A stretch of 64,000 bases of DNA from Phaeosaccion multiseriatum (GCA_965112735.1 OZ218963.1:1736001-1800000); one strand, 5' to 3'. Positions 39,780-54,370 are shown, counted from the first letter of the stretch. Program-made: numbers and translations. Notes: generated by a model not told the origin, from the sequence alone.

Positions 39780-42700
39780 TCACTGCTCCTGTGGCTGCCC
39801 CTGCTGCGGCTGCTTCCCCGCGGTGAGGTGTTGATGTCTGGTGCTTCCTTTATCGAGGAAGAGGCTGTCCAAGCTGCTCTGGATCTTAGCGCTGCTCTCT
39901 CTTCTCTTTCGACGCGCCGCTCTCATACGCAGTAGGACCAGTTCTTCTTCCCCTGTCCCTGCTCGTCCTCGTCCTCCTCCTCGTCCTCCTCCTCGTCCTC
40001 GTCCTCCTCTGGTTCCACTCCCACTCGCTTCTAAGTGCGGAAGAGACGGCGGCGGCGGCGAATACCCCCCCCCTGCCCCTCCCCCTTCTCCTGCTGCCGC
40101 AGCTGCCCTATGGGCACTTAACCTCATTCCGGTCACTGCCTCTGCAGCAACGCCCCCGCCTTTCCCGTCGAGGGCAATGCGCATAAGCCCCGATGCCGCC
40201 TCGTCCCAGTAGCCGGCGCTGCCATTCACCCTCAAAAGAGCAGCGGCAGCGACGGTCGCAGAACGTCGTCTTTCTTCACGAGATAGTGAGGAGGTGGGGG
40301 TTTCCTTCATCCCCATCCCGTCCTTCCCCTCCTCACCCACTGGTCCGTAACCTTCCCCGGGCAGAACATCCACCGCCAGCGTGTGTCCGGAGAAGGCAGT
40401 GACATGCACGCCTTTCCTGCGCAAGGCCTGCCCTTGCTTCACCGTGCCCTGTAGGTACTCAAACACCAACCCGGCAGCGGTGCGGTGGATGGACGTTTCA
40501 TCAGTACATGAGTCCATCATGGAGATGATAATCCCCCGGAACTCCGACAAGTTGTTGTTGGCATGGTCCGCCATCACCTTATCCATAATGACGGGTAGAG
40601 GCACGTAGCCCGACATGTTATCCAGTGCCATCTGTAGCATGGCATCGAGCACATGCTCCACCAATGCTGTTGTCTGTGCCCCTCCCCGAACACTTCTTGA
40701 GGAGCGTGCACCACCGCCGCTGCTGCCATTGCTGCTACTATTGGACGCCACCACAAGCCCCTTTGCGCCGATTATCTTATCCAACACACTAAACCACAGC
40801 CGTGCGCTGCCATCCTCGTGCTCTGTCGTCGTACCAGTAGCTGTAGCGGCAGAGGCAACCTTATCCTGCCCTCCTCCCTCCCCAAACTTCTCCTCCCCCC
40901 TCGAGGTCGCTTTAGGAGCACCGTCTCCCTTGTTGGGTCCCTTGTTGGGCATTAGTGATGCAGTGGAAGCCCGCTGACAAATCTCAATCGCAACCACCAG
41001 GGATCTCTGCGCTTCCTTCCCTTCCTCCAAATAGTCAATGATGAGCCGCGCCATGCTACGATCTCCCATGGCGGACGAAGCTGAGTCCCCTTCAAGACGA
41101 GAGGAGGAGGGGGACGGCATCATCAACACCGATGACGACACTGATGCTTCCCCTTTCGAAGTCGCCTCGCTCGCTGCTGCCCGACTGGCCCGGATTACCA
41201 CACTCCGGGCATTGGTGGCCTTCAAAGCCCTCTTTAGGGAAACCAGACGATCTCCCAGTGTACGGAGGGTCAGCTCTAGAGCGTTGGACACTTGCCCAGA
41301 CCTCTCCAGCAGGTAGGCCGTGGCGTCTGCGAGTCCATTGTCCTTACACACCGCGAGCCACTTGGCAATATCGTAGTCGTCTCGGCTGCTCAGAAAGCGG
41401 TACACCGCATTGGGTTTGAACCGAATCAACTGGCGCATGTACAGCTCCTGCGTGGTGGCGGGACGGAGAGGGGGGGCGGGGTGCGTGCGTGCGTGCGTGT
41501 GTGCGTGCATGCGCGAAAAGGGAGGGGTGGAGGCGGAGGAAGTGGGGAGTGAGGACGGGCAGAGTGAATGGGGCGAGCACTCTCTTCCTCTCTTCACAGT
41601 AGGTAGGGGTCACTGGAGCAGCGGCAAAGACTTGAAACAATATCGGATAGTGCGGGCATGGGCTCCAGCCCCCAAAAAAGGGTCGTTGGCGTCACTTTCC
41701 TTCCCCATACCATCGCCCCTGCCGAAGAACTCTCTCTCTCCTTCTCTCTTCTCTCTCATTCTCTCTCTCTCATTCTCTCTTCTCTCTCACTCTCTCTCTC
41801 ATTCTCTCTTCTCTCTCTCGCTCTTCGCTCTCTCTCTCCCTCTCTCCCATTCTGCACATGAGACTGCACCTCTGCCTTCCTCGCCCAACCTCCGTGATAC
41901 CCCCATCACTTTTCGAAGGACACCCCCCCCCCTCCACACACACATATATACACACGTACCTGATCGGCATCGTCCAACGGCATCGACGAAGCTTCTCCCC
42001 CGCTCCTGCCCCCACTGCTGCTGCCACCGCCCCCGCTGCCCGCCAGTACATCGAGATACTCGAACTGGAGCACTGCTGTAGAGGAGAGCGCCGCTAGAGC
42101 CGCCTTGTGATCAGCGAAGAGATCGTCTACAAGGCGTACAGTCTCCGTCCTTCAGAGGCGGGGGGGGGCAAATGCAAACGTGCATGCTTCAGAGACAGGA
42201 GGTTCGGGCTCTTCTTTAAGCAAATATGTACGATACTTCATACTTCAAAGCTTTTTCAGTCTTCGTTCCAGACATGCGTGTGTGGATGCGCGCGTTTGTG
42301 TTTTGTGCCCGAGTGTGTTTGGCACACAAGGGGCGGCACCAATGTGCATGGCAACAAGTGGCGATAAGTAAGGCTAAGTAAGTGGGGGTACCTGTCGAGC
42401 TCCAGTAAGTTCGGCAGCTCCTCGAGTATCGTCACTTGGAGAGGGGCCAAGTCGCCGCCGCGGGCTCCTTGGTGACGGATGAAGGTGAACACCTTCAGCA
42501 CACCGAACGGAAGGGGAAGGGGACACACACAAAGGAGAGCAGACAGACGGCACGGCACACAAGGACACACAGTGGAGGGGGGGCACAGTGGGACCACAGT
42601 GGGAACACAGTGGGACCCACAGCAGTGCGTGTCGGAAGGCGAGATAAGATCAGAAAACGACAATGAGAGTATCTCCAGTGGGGCGAACGGAAAGTGCGAT

Positions 42701-43188
42701 AGGCGAGGAAGAAGGATCGGCCGACTGACTGGACGACAATTGGGGAGGGAAACCCCGCGAGAGTTCTTGGGGCGAGGTCCAACGCGTGTGCCATTCCAGC
42801 GTGTGTCCCACCAAGAAGCTCCACCCAACAACAATCACAACCACCACCACCACCACCACCACCAACCTGCATTCTGAAGGCCTGGTCGGAGTCCTGTAGA
42901 TAACAGCGTACGGTACAGGCTGCCACCGATCCTTCTGGTTCCTCCCCTGCCCCCCCCCCCCCCCCCCCTCCCCCTCCCCCGCCTGGCATTGCCGCCAGAG
43001 CTTTGTACAGCGCCACTGCTGCTCGAAAGAAGCCAACCCTCTTTACCTCAGGTAAGAGGGACTCAACATCGACTTTGGGGATCGAAATCTGCGCGGGGTG
43101 GGTTTTAAAACCCGGGAGAAAGAAAGGGATGGGGGTGGGAGGAGGTCAGACCGCAAAAAAGGACACAACACGGGCTGCGTGTGGCTGG

Positions 43189-43256
<68 letters not shown>

Positions 43257-46200
43257 CACAAAAAAGGGACAAGAATGGCCCCCCCCCCCCCCCCACTCTA
43301 AACGGTGGTGAGTCATCTCCACTTACGCGCTGCAAAAGGGTCACAAGACGAGCCTGGGCATCATCGAAACCGTCCTCTCGGATCGTTTCCGCGCTGGTTT
43401 GATGCAGTAAAAGAGCGTTGGCAAGCTCTGCGTTGAGGTGTACGAGCGACAACTCCACATACTTTGAGGCAAAGGCATATACGAGGTGCGTGCAGGAGGA
43501 GGGCCACGGCATACCATCACGATCCTTGAAGACCACCCCCCCCTGCGCTCCCTTCTCGACGGGTTCATCAGTCTCATCAGACACATTGGGAAGGTGGCGT
43601 TGCGCCCTCTGCTGCTGCTGTATCACCAACCGCTGCTGCTGCTGCTGGTGCCCCTTGTCGGCCAGGTGCGGAGCCAACACACAAGTCACTGCGGAAATCA
43701 CCGCCATTCGCGACGGGCAAGTCACCACCTGTGGAAGTGGGAGGGGCGCAATCCAGAGAGCCATTTGTGGTGTATTGCAGGGAGCCGGGCATGTACAAGA
43801 AGACACTTCGAGAACCGAGGGTGTGTTGCATCCAGCTCTTTGTTGATTGACAGACTGATTGTTTGATAGACAGATAGACAGATAGATGGATGGATGGATG
43901 GATAGACAGATTGAACTGGTCATTGCGGGCGAAGGCACTGCGCTACGGTTCCTCTCACCTTCAGATCCGCGGCTGCTGCAGCCGTCATCATCCTCTCCCC
44001 GGTGTCGGTAACTGCCCCGCCCTCGCCCTCCCAAGCCCCCACCATTGCCCCCCCCGCCCGTCCTCCTGCCTCCACGGAGTAAGCTGCTTGCCCGTCCCCA
44101 TTGAAAGCGGCATCGGGGGAGTCCATCGCCACCTACAGAAGGCGGAGGACGAGCCAAAGGAAAACCAGAAGTGGGAGGAGTCAACCAGCAAGAACCATTG
44201 GAGGTGGAGGAGAAGGCAGCAATGGGGGGGAGGGGAGGCTGCCATCGACGGCGCGGAATACTATACTCCCACGTCTTCCCATCCCCCCTCTCCGCCTGTG
44301 CATGTGCATCTGATCTGTGCTGCCCGCTCCGAGCAAGCACCAACAAGGGCTTCGCTCCCGCAGCTTTTACCTCGAGGGTTTGCAGCATGTTGGTGGCATC
44401 AATGTATAACAACACGCGAAGGTACGGGTACATGGCCGTCTGCCACAGCGAGGCAGGCGAGCCGGAGGGGCCTGCGACTGCGGCAGGAGAAGGGGAAACA
44501 GTCAAGTCAGTGTGAGGAGCACGAACGGGAGGACGACAGCAGAGGGGAATGAGTGGATGCTTTAGGAGGATCATCGGGCTGCATGTACATTGATGTACCA
44601 TGAAGGACCATGATGGCATCTTCACAGGCATATGGAGGCATACCATAGGCAAATATCACAGGCATATGCAGGCATATGGAATACCATGGGCATCAAAACC
44701 AGGATCAACCAGCAAGCCGGCCTGGCCGGTCCTAGACAGAAGGACTTTTGAACACTAGACAGGAGGGCATTACACGAGCGAGAACGCTGATGTGACATCT
44801 CTGTGAGCTCACAGCACCCAACGCTTTCACATACCCCTCCCCCCCCGCCTCTCCTTACCCTGCGAAGGCGTTGATGTTGGCGTTGAAGACGATGGCAGCA
44901 GGCCGCTTGCCCTGCCGCCGGTCACGGTCTGTTGCAGGAGGAGATGCAGCAACACAGCCCGCGCCGTGGCAACGCGCCCCTATCGGGAGTGATGGGTGGA
45001 CGGCAAGCATGGGCAAGACAGGGCAAGAAAGCGGGGAGGGGAAGTATGCTGAAGACGGCGCATGGCATGCGTGCGTGGGCAACGCTTAACTTCGGTAGGA
45101 AGAAGCGCGCAAAGCATGACAGTGCTCCATCTGTCCCCTCACTCCACAACTCTCCGCTACACTCGCTCTACTCCCTCTTTGTCCCCTCACTCCGCAACCC
45201 TCCTGCTGCTCCCTCTCCACGTGGTGTAGAAATGTGTCCGAACCTTGGGTAGCTTGGACTGTCCATCAGGGGGGAAGGCTTGACCCTTGAGGCAGTCGCG
45301 TAGGTACATCAGTGCTTTGTAGCCCAGCGTCTGTCGGACAGTTTTGGACCACACAAAACAAGACAGATACATTGTAAGCTATGTTTCCTTGTAGAACGAG
45401 GCACACAGCTCAAGGGTTACTTACTTACCCCTGCCCCTTCCCCTCTCTCTCTCTCCACCCTACAAAACTTGAGACGCACGCACGCGCGCACGCGCGCACC
45501 CACACACCTCGAAAGAAGGATCGGGGGGGAAGGCATGGCACCCCGCTTCCTGTCTGCAGCCGCCCTCTCTGTGCTCGCGGTCCGCCATGACCATCAGCTG
45601 CCGTAGAAGGGCCTCTAAGGGCGTGAGATAGTCACCCAGGCCAACGGAGTATACGTGCAGCAAGCCTGTATAGAGCGAGTGCTTTCGTAGCAGCGGAATG
45701 ATCCTGCATATGGAGCGGATTTGAAGAGGAAAGGAAAGGAGGTTAATGTATGCATGCATCCATCATTCGCGTGATATTCGTAGCAGTAGTAGTTGTAGTT
45801 GTAGTAGTTGCTGTTGTTGTAACAGTAGTATCAGTAGCAGTGGCAGGAGCAGTACAGATCACCGTTGTCCCTCGATGGTTAAGACCGGAGCACATGTGGG
45901 ACGGACAGTAGCCGTAGTGACAACAATCCAAAATCCACTTGGTGCCAGACAAACACATTCCTTCCCTCCTCTACTCGACATGTCGCTGTTTCGAAGTACG
46001 CGAGCAGAGGGAGGAGGCAGAAGGCGAAGCAAGGCAGTCCAAATAGTACGCACCCGTTGAGGTCAATTTGGTCTTTCTGCAGGTGAAGGACGAGTCGCTC
46101 GACCGCCCGCAGATCCCCTCTCTGTTGGCACATGTCTGCAAAGGCGACGAGGGCCTCTTCAGAGAAAGCCCCGAGCTTTCCGTTGAGCACAAAGGGTTCT

Positions 46201-49200
46201 AACACATCGAGGAGCACCAGCAGCTTGCCCGCCTCTCTGAAGCGCTGCAACACACACAAACACACACACAGGGAGAGAGAGAGAGAGAGGGAGAGAGTAG
46301 ACACATACATCATGTGCACCGGAAGTGGGTTCAGTGAAACAAAGAGAGAGAGAGACACGCGTGGCTATACCAAACGAGGCCAAGGCAAGGAGTTCTATGG
46401 AGAGGGAGCGAGGACTTACGGGAGGGGAGGGAAGGCAACGGCGGTACACGGTGGAAGTAAACTCCCAAGCAACTGTAACACAACAAACTGCAACACCTGC
46501 GAAAACAGCACGGGAGAGACAATGGCCCATGGGCCGCAGCGCTAGCGAAAAAGACTTGGGCCTTGACCCGCCTTGCCCCTTGCATATTAACACCAACCTC
46601 CCCTCAATCGTACCTGCAGAACAGCGCCAAACAGCAGGTCCAGGCGTCCCGTGACAATGCAGAACTCTCCACACACGCCCGCGAGCATCTGAAAGTGACT
46701 TCGAGCAAGATCCACGCCGCCATCACCACCTCCTCCTCCTCTTCGCCCACCCGGTCCCACGGAAGAAGAAGAAGCGTTCCTTGGTGCGTTAGCAATAGCG
46801 AGATTGACGTAGCGCAGGAGAAGTTCGCTAATGTGCTCCAGTCCTTCGCTACGAGTGGCGCCGGCACCGCTCCTGTATGACCAACTGCTACCCCTGTTAC
46901 TGCTGCTGGTGCTGGTGCTGCTGCTGCCGGTTCTTGCTCCAGACTTGTTCCCTGTCCACCCTCCTCCTCCTCCTCCTCCTCCTCCTCCTCCTCCTCCTCC
47001 TCCCTTCTTGAGCCTGGCAGAAAAGCTTCCACTGCTGCTGCTGGTGCTTCCCCTGTCTCTTGCCCCGCCTGGCATGGTACTACTTGCAGCCAAACCCCTC
47101 TTTCCCTCCACCGACCGAATTTGCTCCTCGTAGTGGTCCAAGGACACAGCCAGGGCCTCTAACCATTCGCCCGCCTGCCAGTGGCGAGAGCGCGCCCGTG
47201 GACACGTGGAGTAAGGGTGGAAGACATCAAAATCAGCAAATGAAGTAACACGTCAGAGAGTGGAAGAGGTCGGGAAATTGTGCGCCACACATCAGACTTG
47301 ATCGGAAAATGTCGCCCCCTTCTCCCGGCCCCAACCAACCGCATGTTGTGATATGGCAAACAACACTGCATTGATTCCCCCATCGGACGGTGGACCTTCC
47401 CTTCCAAGTTCAAGTACGTACTCTTATGAGACAGTCAATTCGTTGTGTCCATGATTGCACTTTGGCGACTTGTATCTGCTCCCGCCCAAGCATGTACAGC
47501 CAACTATCACCTGCAACAACAAGGACGCGAAAGACGATGACGACGACGACGACGAGGACGAGGAGGAGGAGGAGGAGGAGGAGGGGGAGGAAGAGGAGGA
47601 GGGAGAGGAGGAAGATGGACCCGCGACGGTGGAGACACTCGTGAGTCACAAGGGACAAGACAGGACAGGGGGGCTTCGGGGCGACAGAAGGAGAGGGACC
47701 ACCACACCATTGGCCAGCAGCACCCAACATGTTCATACCCGCCCCGCCGCCCGATCACCCCCCCCCCCCCCTCGGCCAAGCACTGCAGCCGTTTCATAAG
47801 CACTGCAGCCGTTTCATCTCGCCATACTCACAGGCAATGAAGCTGTTCTGGTGCATGTAGAGCGCAGCCGAGGGCAGAGCGGAGCCTTTCTGCACTCCCT
47901 TGGACGGACCCTCCTCCTGCTGTGCCCCGCCGCCACCCGAAACACTGGTGCTGCTGCTACTGTTACCGCCGTTGCTACTACTGCTGCTACTACCGCCACT
48001 GCCACTACTGCCGCTACTCGGTGGGCCAAGTCTCCTAAGCCACTGCAGGGGGGGTGTTTGGGCAAGGGGGGGGGGGGGGGTGGGGGGTGGATTGTGCGTT
48101 TGCGGGAGGGAGGGAGGGAGCAAAGAGGGGCGTGTCGATATGGAGCTGCGTACAGAGGGAGAGGTGGGCGGCGCGAAGTGACGAGGTAAAATGGTTCTGC
48201 GGAGAAAGAGAGACCAGGAGCGAAGACCCCGACAGGACGACATGTATGTTCGATAGAGGAAGGTGCATGTGTGCATCCATCCACGGAGCAAGGGGTGGAA
48301 GTATGAAACCCTGCAAGGCTTACATGCGCGTGGCCTGAACTCTGATGGGAGAGAACTTACGACTCCTTCGTATCCTCACCACCACCCCCCTCCCTCCCCC
48401 CCTAACTCTACCCACCTCCCTTCCTTCCCCCTCCCCTCCCTCCCTCCATAATCGCCTGGCGCTATCCTTCCGGTCAATGGTTCTCACCTGAGGCGAAACG
48501 GCAATGGATACCATCCGCATGTGCGACACGTTGAGATGCTCGAGCTCCGTCATGGCCTTCATATCAAACACACACAGCTCCCAATCCGCATTGAGGTAGG
48601 CAAGCACCTCCGCTTGGAGCCACTCCACACACACAACGGCAGCACTGGTGCGGAGCTGACTCGCCAGTTTGAAAGTAGGCATGAGCACCTTTGCCGCCGC
48701 TGCCGCCGCCGATGACCCTCCTCCTCCTCCTCCTCCTCCTCCTCCTCCTCCTCCTCCTCCTCCTCCTCCTCCTGCTCCTGCTCCTCCAGCACCACCACCA
48801 CCCCCACCAGCCGTGTAAGTGTCGGTAGCGGTAGTTGCAGTAGCAGCACCACCAGCAGTAGCCCTCCCTTCGACACCGGTGGTCTCGGCACCGTCGAAAT
48901 TAGCCTCCAGAAGCTCCAACGTGCGGCCCCAGCCTCTCGCGAGAAAGCACCGGGGTCCTCTGCCGTTGCGCCGGTCAGTGAGGTGGCTGGCCCTCCCCCC
49001 TTCGACCCTGCCGCTGCCGCCGCTGCTGCTACTGCTGCTGCTGCTGCTGCTGCTACTGCTCCTGCCGTTGGGGGCTGCCTCCCCTCCTCCGGTCGGAGTG
49101 TGGGGCCAACCCCAAGCCAGGCAGGGAAGGTGCCCGCCCTGCTTCTGCCCATCCTCCCTTCTTCTGCCCCCTGTCGCGCCGTTCTTCTGCGGATTCGTCG

Positions 49201-52200
49201 CCTTGACCCCGTGCCCCCCCTCTTGTCCTTGCCGTGTTCCCTTGCCATCCTCATCAGCGTCAGTGGCATCGTCTCGGCGGGCTCTCATGCTGTCTCTGGG
49301 GTTGACACCGACTGGTGCTGGTGGCCTTTCCTCCGGTTTACCCCACTTGTGAATCACCTTCACCTCAGGCCGGAGGCTAACAAGAAACGTACTCTTTAGC
49401 GAAGACATGGCAATAAGCCCGACCCTCTCAAACAGATTCGCGTTGGGCAGCGCGTTGGTGTTGAATCTCGTCGTCGTCGGATTCCATCCCAAGCCCTCCA
49501 CCCCTCCTGCCATGGCCGCGTTATTCCCTGCGGCGGCTGCTGCTGCGGCAAACCCCCCCCCCAAGCCCAAACCAGCCGCCTCTCCGGAGGCCTGGACGGG
49601 AGCAGGGATGAGTGCGGATTTATCGCACCGGAAGCAAAGCACGCGGCAGCGTAGGAGGAAGAGAAGCGAGGGGGCCGGGGGAGGGACATGAGAGGGGGTG
49701 AGACAATGGGTGAGTAGAAGGTGGCGGGGGTGAATCTCTTTCAATCCTCGAATAACACCCCAACCCCCCGCCGCTTCCTGCAACATGTGCATAGAGGCCA
49801 CATATATACATTCATACTCTCCCCTCCTATTGGCCACTTTCGGTCACAAAAGCCAAGCCAAGCCGAGCCGAGCCGAGCCGAGCCAAGCCAAGCCAAGCCA
49901 AGCCAAGTGCGTACGTACCACGTCGGTTGCCTCCCCTGTCCCCGAGGCCAAGCGCCACACGGGCAGGACGGACACGCTGGGGATGGGGCCCGCCGCGCCG
50001 TCCAGCAAACATTCCGTATCGGAAACCCACGCCGTCCACATTATCCGCCTGGAAACATAGACATGTGTATTCCATGGCACATGTAAAGATGGGCGTGGGG
50101 GGCGCGCAGAAGGAGAGGTGAGAGAGGGTCGAGTGGTGGTACCATATTGCGGATCAGAGGTGGTGTGAAACCCAACTCGTCAAGATGCACAATCCACAAC
50201 CCACACATCTGTGGTGCTCTGCAGTGTCCGGCCTCCAATCTTTCTTCCCCTGCCCTCCCTTTTCTTCGCCCTCCCTTCCCACTGCCTCTCGGCCCCCCTC
50301 TCCTTCCTCACCTAAAGGTGACCTTATTCACCACACCCGCCTGGTCCGCCGTCACCACAGTAGGGTCTGCCTCTGTGAGGCATCGTATAGTCATAACCGG
50401 CGAAGAGTGGGCATCACTCAGCGCCTTCAGTACAGTACCCTTGACGAAGTCCCAGAGCAGGAGGCGGCCGCTGTGGTAGCCGGCAATGAGGTGCTGAGCA
50501 GAGGCGGCCGGGCACATGCCGAGAGCGGTGACTGCACCATTTGCTGCCATCGTGCCGGTGGGGCCCTCCGTGGAGCCGAGGACGTGCCGCACCTCTTGGA
50601 AGTGATCGAAGAGAAGAATGAGGCTCCGGCTTGTGCCCACTGCGATGAACTGGGGCAGTTTCGGCAGTTTCGGCAGTTCCAGACGGCCATAGAGTTTGAG
50701 GGGGGTGGAGGAGAGAGAGAGGGGGGGGGGGGGGAAGAGGCAGACAAGCAGGGGCCGGGATGGAAGAGCGGCGATGGAGAAGGGAGAGGGTAAGCCAAGC
50801 CCGAGCCGGAACTGCAACGATGGCAGACGTCATTCGCGCGGCGCAAGTGCCGCAGCAGCCAGAGAAGAGACCATGGCGCCACAAAGAGTCCTTCCTCACC
50901 TTACTATGGACGGCTATGACGGAGGGAAGGCCTGGGCCGTGCTGCTCATACATGGCATTCTTGGTGAGTTGGCGACTGATGGACTCCATGCCCTCAACCT
51001 TGCAGTGAGGGGAGGGGAGGGGAAGAGAAGAGAGAGAGAGAGATAGGCGGAGAGCGGCGAGCAATGCCCGTGATGGAGGTAGTCAGAGACAGAGGGAGAG
51101 AGAGAGCTATAAAGAAGTGGAGGCCCCTTCCTCGCCCATACCCCCCGCCACCTCTCAATAGCACCCATCTACTGAGCCTGGTTTGGCTTACCCTGACGAG
51201 CCCGCCTGGTTCTCCCTTCTTCCCGGCCTCGCCGCTGCCGCCGCCGCGTGACAGCCCCTTGTGGGGCTCGCGCATTCTTCGTTTCACCTTGTAATGAAAC
51301 ACATCGGAGGGAGTCAGTGAGTGCGTGATGAGTGAGGACTGTGAGCCCCTGTTCGTGGGAGAGTACGCAAGGTGTGGTTTGTATAGAGTCGCGCAACTGC
51401 GTGGAAGATAATGGGGTGCAAATAACTGTGAGAGCGAGGGGAGTTTTCGAGGCGATGCTAGTTTGGTTGCCCCTTTTCTGCCACCTCTTTTCATAGCCTC
51501 GTTCTCGTCACAACAAACTCAGCCAGGCCCCACAGTCCTCCCTTTCCCCCGACAGGGGCATTCCTACCTGCAGCGGGCTGAGTATATCCCGATTTCCTCC
51601 ACTGTACATGCGTCTTTCTCTCGCCTCGGCCGTCGCCAGGGGGCCCATACCACCACCTGCTCTCCCAACACTTGTCCCCGAACCCCACACATTCCTCAAA
51701 GCCGCGGGGCTACCGGGGTGATGAGCAGCGCCTCTGCTACTGCCGCTGCCGCTGCCGCTCCCCCCCTCTAGCTGAGAAGGTGAGGACGACCGCGAATATT
51801 GTGACCCTTCTTCCCCATTTGTCCTGCTTCGCTCGTCCGATTCCGCTCGTCCACGTTCCAGGTGTGTCTCGCTACTGCTGCTCCTGCTCCTTCTTCCAAC
51901 TCCTCTCGTCTCCGCCGCGTTCAGTCTACTGCGGCTCGCGCCAAACGCTCTCCCCCGATTGCCAGCCTCTGCTGGTGACGCGTACTTTCTCTCTGCCTCC
52001 ATTTCCACGCTTTGAATGATCTGATCAACATCCAGATTTTCGACCAAATCATTGCCTCGTCCGGTCTTCTTGCTTGTGCTTGTCCTGCCTGCTTGCGGTG
52101 CCCACTTGTCGCTCACAATGAGGCCGGATTGGGGATGGCCATCGTCGCTCTCGTCACTGCTACCCCCACTTCGAGCATCGCCAATACTCTCTTCACCTCC

Positions 52201-52243
52201 AGCACCACGCAAGCCCGGCTGCGGATACCCCATTCGCCGCCGC

Positions 52244-52276
<33 letters not shown>

Positions 52277-52653
52277 ATGTCGAGTAGCTCGTCCTCGCTC
52301 TCCTTGAGGATCTGCTGCAACAGGCGCGAGTCATTGCTTACCTCGAGTTTCGTCGGCTCTGTTCTAGGAGCATGAAAAAATGCTGCAGTCCCATCATCCT
52401 CTACTTCTACTGCTGTCGCTTCATCGTTCAACCTTGAATAGCTTCCACGTTTCCCTCCCAATGGGTCACTCTCGGCGCGTCGGCCCGCCAGAACATCCAC
52501 GTGGAGAAGATCCTCGAACTCATCGTCCTCATCGTCGTCTTCTTCTCGGAGGATATCCTCCAGTGTGATATTCGAGGCATCCACTTCGTCCTCGTCATCG
52601 CTCTCCGTGGCGGCTGCGGAGGCGAGGATAGACTCGACCTCGCGGTTGCTCAT
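39780..52653 (-). CDS. VPS8: Vacuolar protein sorting 8 (CORVET subunit), multi-exon
   Basis: Spliced motifs GPGLPSVIAVHSKFIAVGTSRSLILLFD, AGYHSGRLLLWD (beta-propeller), LPCLAW, LEPFVLNGKL, LRKHSLYTGLLHVYSVGLGDYLTPL, LGYKALMYLRDCLKGQAFP (Vps8 central domain) and LADATAYLLERSGQVSNAL (clathrin-like repeat). Confidence 0.9.
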
Positions 52654-52942
52654 CGTTTCTGCTCTCGGTGCTGCTACCGCTGTTGCTACCGCTCCTCCTG
52701 CTACTGCTGCTCCCGCCAGAGCTGTAGTTCTTCATAACACTTACCCTACAGAGCACTAAGCTGCTTGCAACTCATGAGAAGGAGTGCGAAGACCTGCAGG
52801 CACAGGAAGAGGGAAAAGTGGACATCGCCCAATGAATGGAAACTCACGTTCATCCTTACTTGGAGAAAAATTACGGTAAGAACCCCCCCGGGGGAGTAGG
52901 CGGTCTGTGGGCTGGGGTGCACAGAGGACAGAGTATCGAGCC

Positions 52943-54370
52943 ATGGTGAGTATAGGGAGGAGAGAGGAGAGGATGTCTATGTTCAATGCAGCGACATCAG
53001 GGACTTCTGCCACCGGCGTGGCGTTTGTGGCTTTTCTTCGGAGCTGGTGAAGGAGGTGGGGCGGGGAGCGGATGGGAGCAGGAGGAAAGGAGCAGCTGCA
53101 AGAGACGGCTTTGCTGCAGCAGTCTGGCTGAAGATGAAGCAAGAGCGCCATTCGGTTTTATCAAGCTTTGAGCTCCGTGGAGGGGGGTGTGATGCGAAGG
53201 GTATGCTGGGAGGACGCCACTTGTTGGGGGAGCGCATCAGCTGCAGCAGCAGGGCTGAGGTACCACCCTTGGAAGTAATTGAAATCTGCAAGAGGGGTAG
53301 AATAGCCTTTCACCCGACCCTCTCTGGGGAGGCCTCAAGCTTCGGGTGGAACGGAGACGCAGGAATCTCTTCCTGTGCCGTGCTGATGGCACGCAAAGGC
53401 CGTGCTTTTCTCAGCCGTCCCTCGTCGCCTGGCGAGGAGGACATGAGGTTTCGGTGATGACGAGGCACTACGCTGTGGGTGTTCAGCTCTGGTGCCCTGC
53501 GAGGGGAAGGGGCGAGGGGGGGCTGTGGCCGCAAGTTTACTCCCCCGTACATCTGTCATCAAATGGCTCGAGGCTTTGATCTTTGGGGGCACTGAAGCAC
53601 ATTGATAGAGCACACCAGAGAAGCCAAGGGCGAAGGACGAAGCACCAGTACGATGGTCGGCCTTCACGGCCTGTTTTTGGGAAGGGGGGGGGTAGAAGCG
53701 CAAGGAGTGTACGCAGAACCAACGCGTGCGTCCGGCCCTGTGTTTTTTTTCTTTTCAAGGCTCTCATCTCTCCACTTGCCAATTGAGGATGAAACTGCGC
53801 AACTAAAACCTGCCCGTTGCCTGTTCCCCGTTGCCCGTCACCTTCTCTTTCTTTCTCTCTCTCCTTTTGCCCTCTACCTCCGCCCCCCCCCTCCTTCCCG
53901 TTCTGTCCTTCATTCACCCTCTTACACAGCCTTCCCGACTTTCAAAGAACCGCAAGAAGCGTGGACACGTGTCCAGTGGACACGGACGCAGGGGAAGGCA
54001 TCGCTGCCATCCCGGAGGACGCGGTAACGCCGGTGGCCAGCACCACCACCGCATCCTCTTTGACAAGTACCATCCTGGGTACTTTGGAAAGGTTGGTATG
54101 CGCTATTTCCACAAGACCAACAACCAGTTCCACTGCCCAACGGTGAACATTGACAAGCTGTGGTCGCTCATGCCGGAGGGAACCATGGCGTCTGCCAAGG
54201 CCGCCGCAGGAAAGGCGCCCCTCCTCGACCTCGGGGCCCACGGAATCTCCAAGGTGCTTGGAAAGGGACAGCTGCCGGACGTGCCGCTTGTGGTCAAGGC
54301 CAAGTTCTTCAGCAGAGACGCGGAGAAGAAGATTAAGGGGTCGGGAGGCGCCTGCATACTGTCGGCATAG
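52943..54370 (+). CDS. RPL27A: 60S ribosomal protein L27a (uL15); ATG-only first coding exon 52943-52945, exon 2 53930-54370
   Basis: [56 protein letters not shown] is unmistakable. The upstream GCC ATG|gtgagt is the best start/donor; ATG|gtcggc at ~53653 is an alternative. Confidence 0.95.

Noticed and set aside
47779-47818. 20-bp perfect tandem duplication (also 17947-18002, 61965-62020)
   Set aside because: Local intronic slippage duplications with no further structure.
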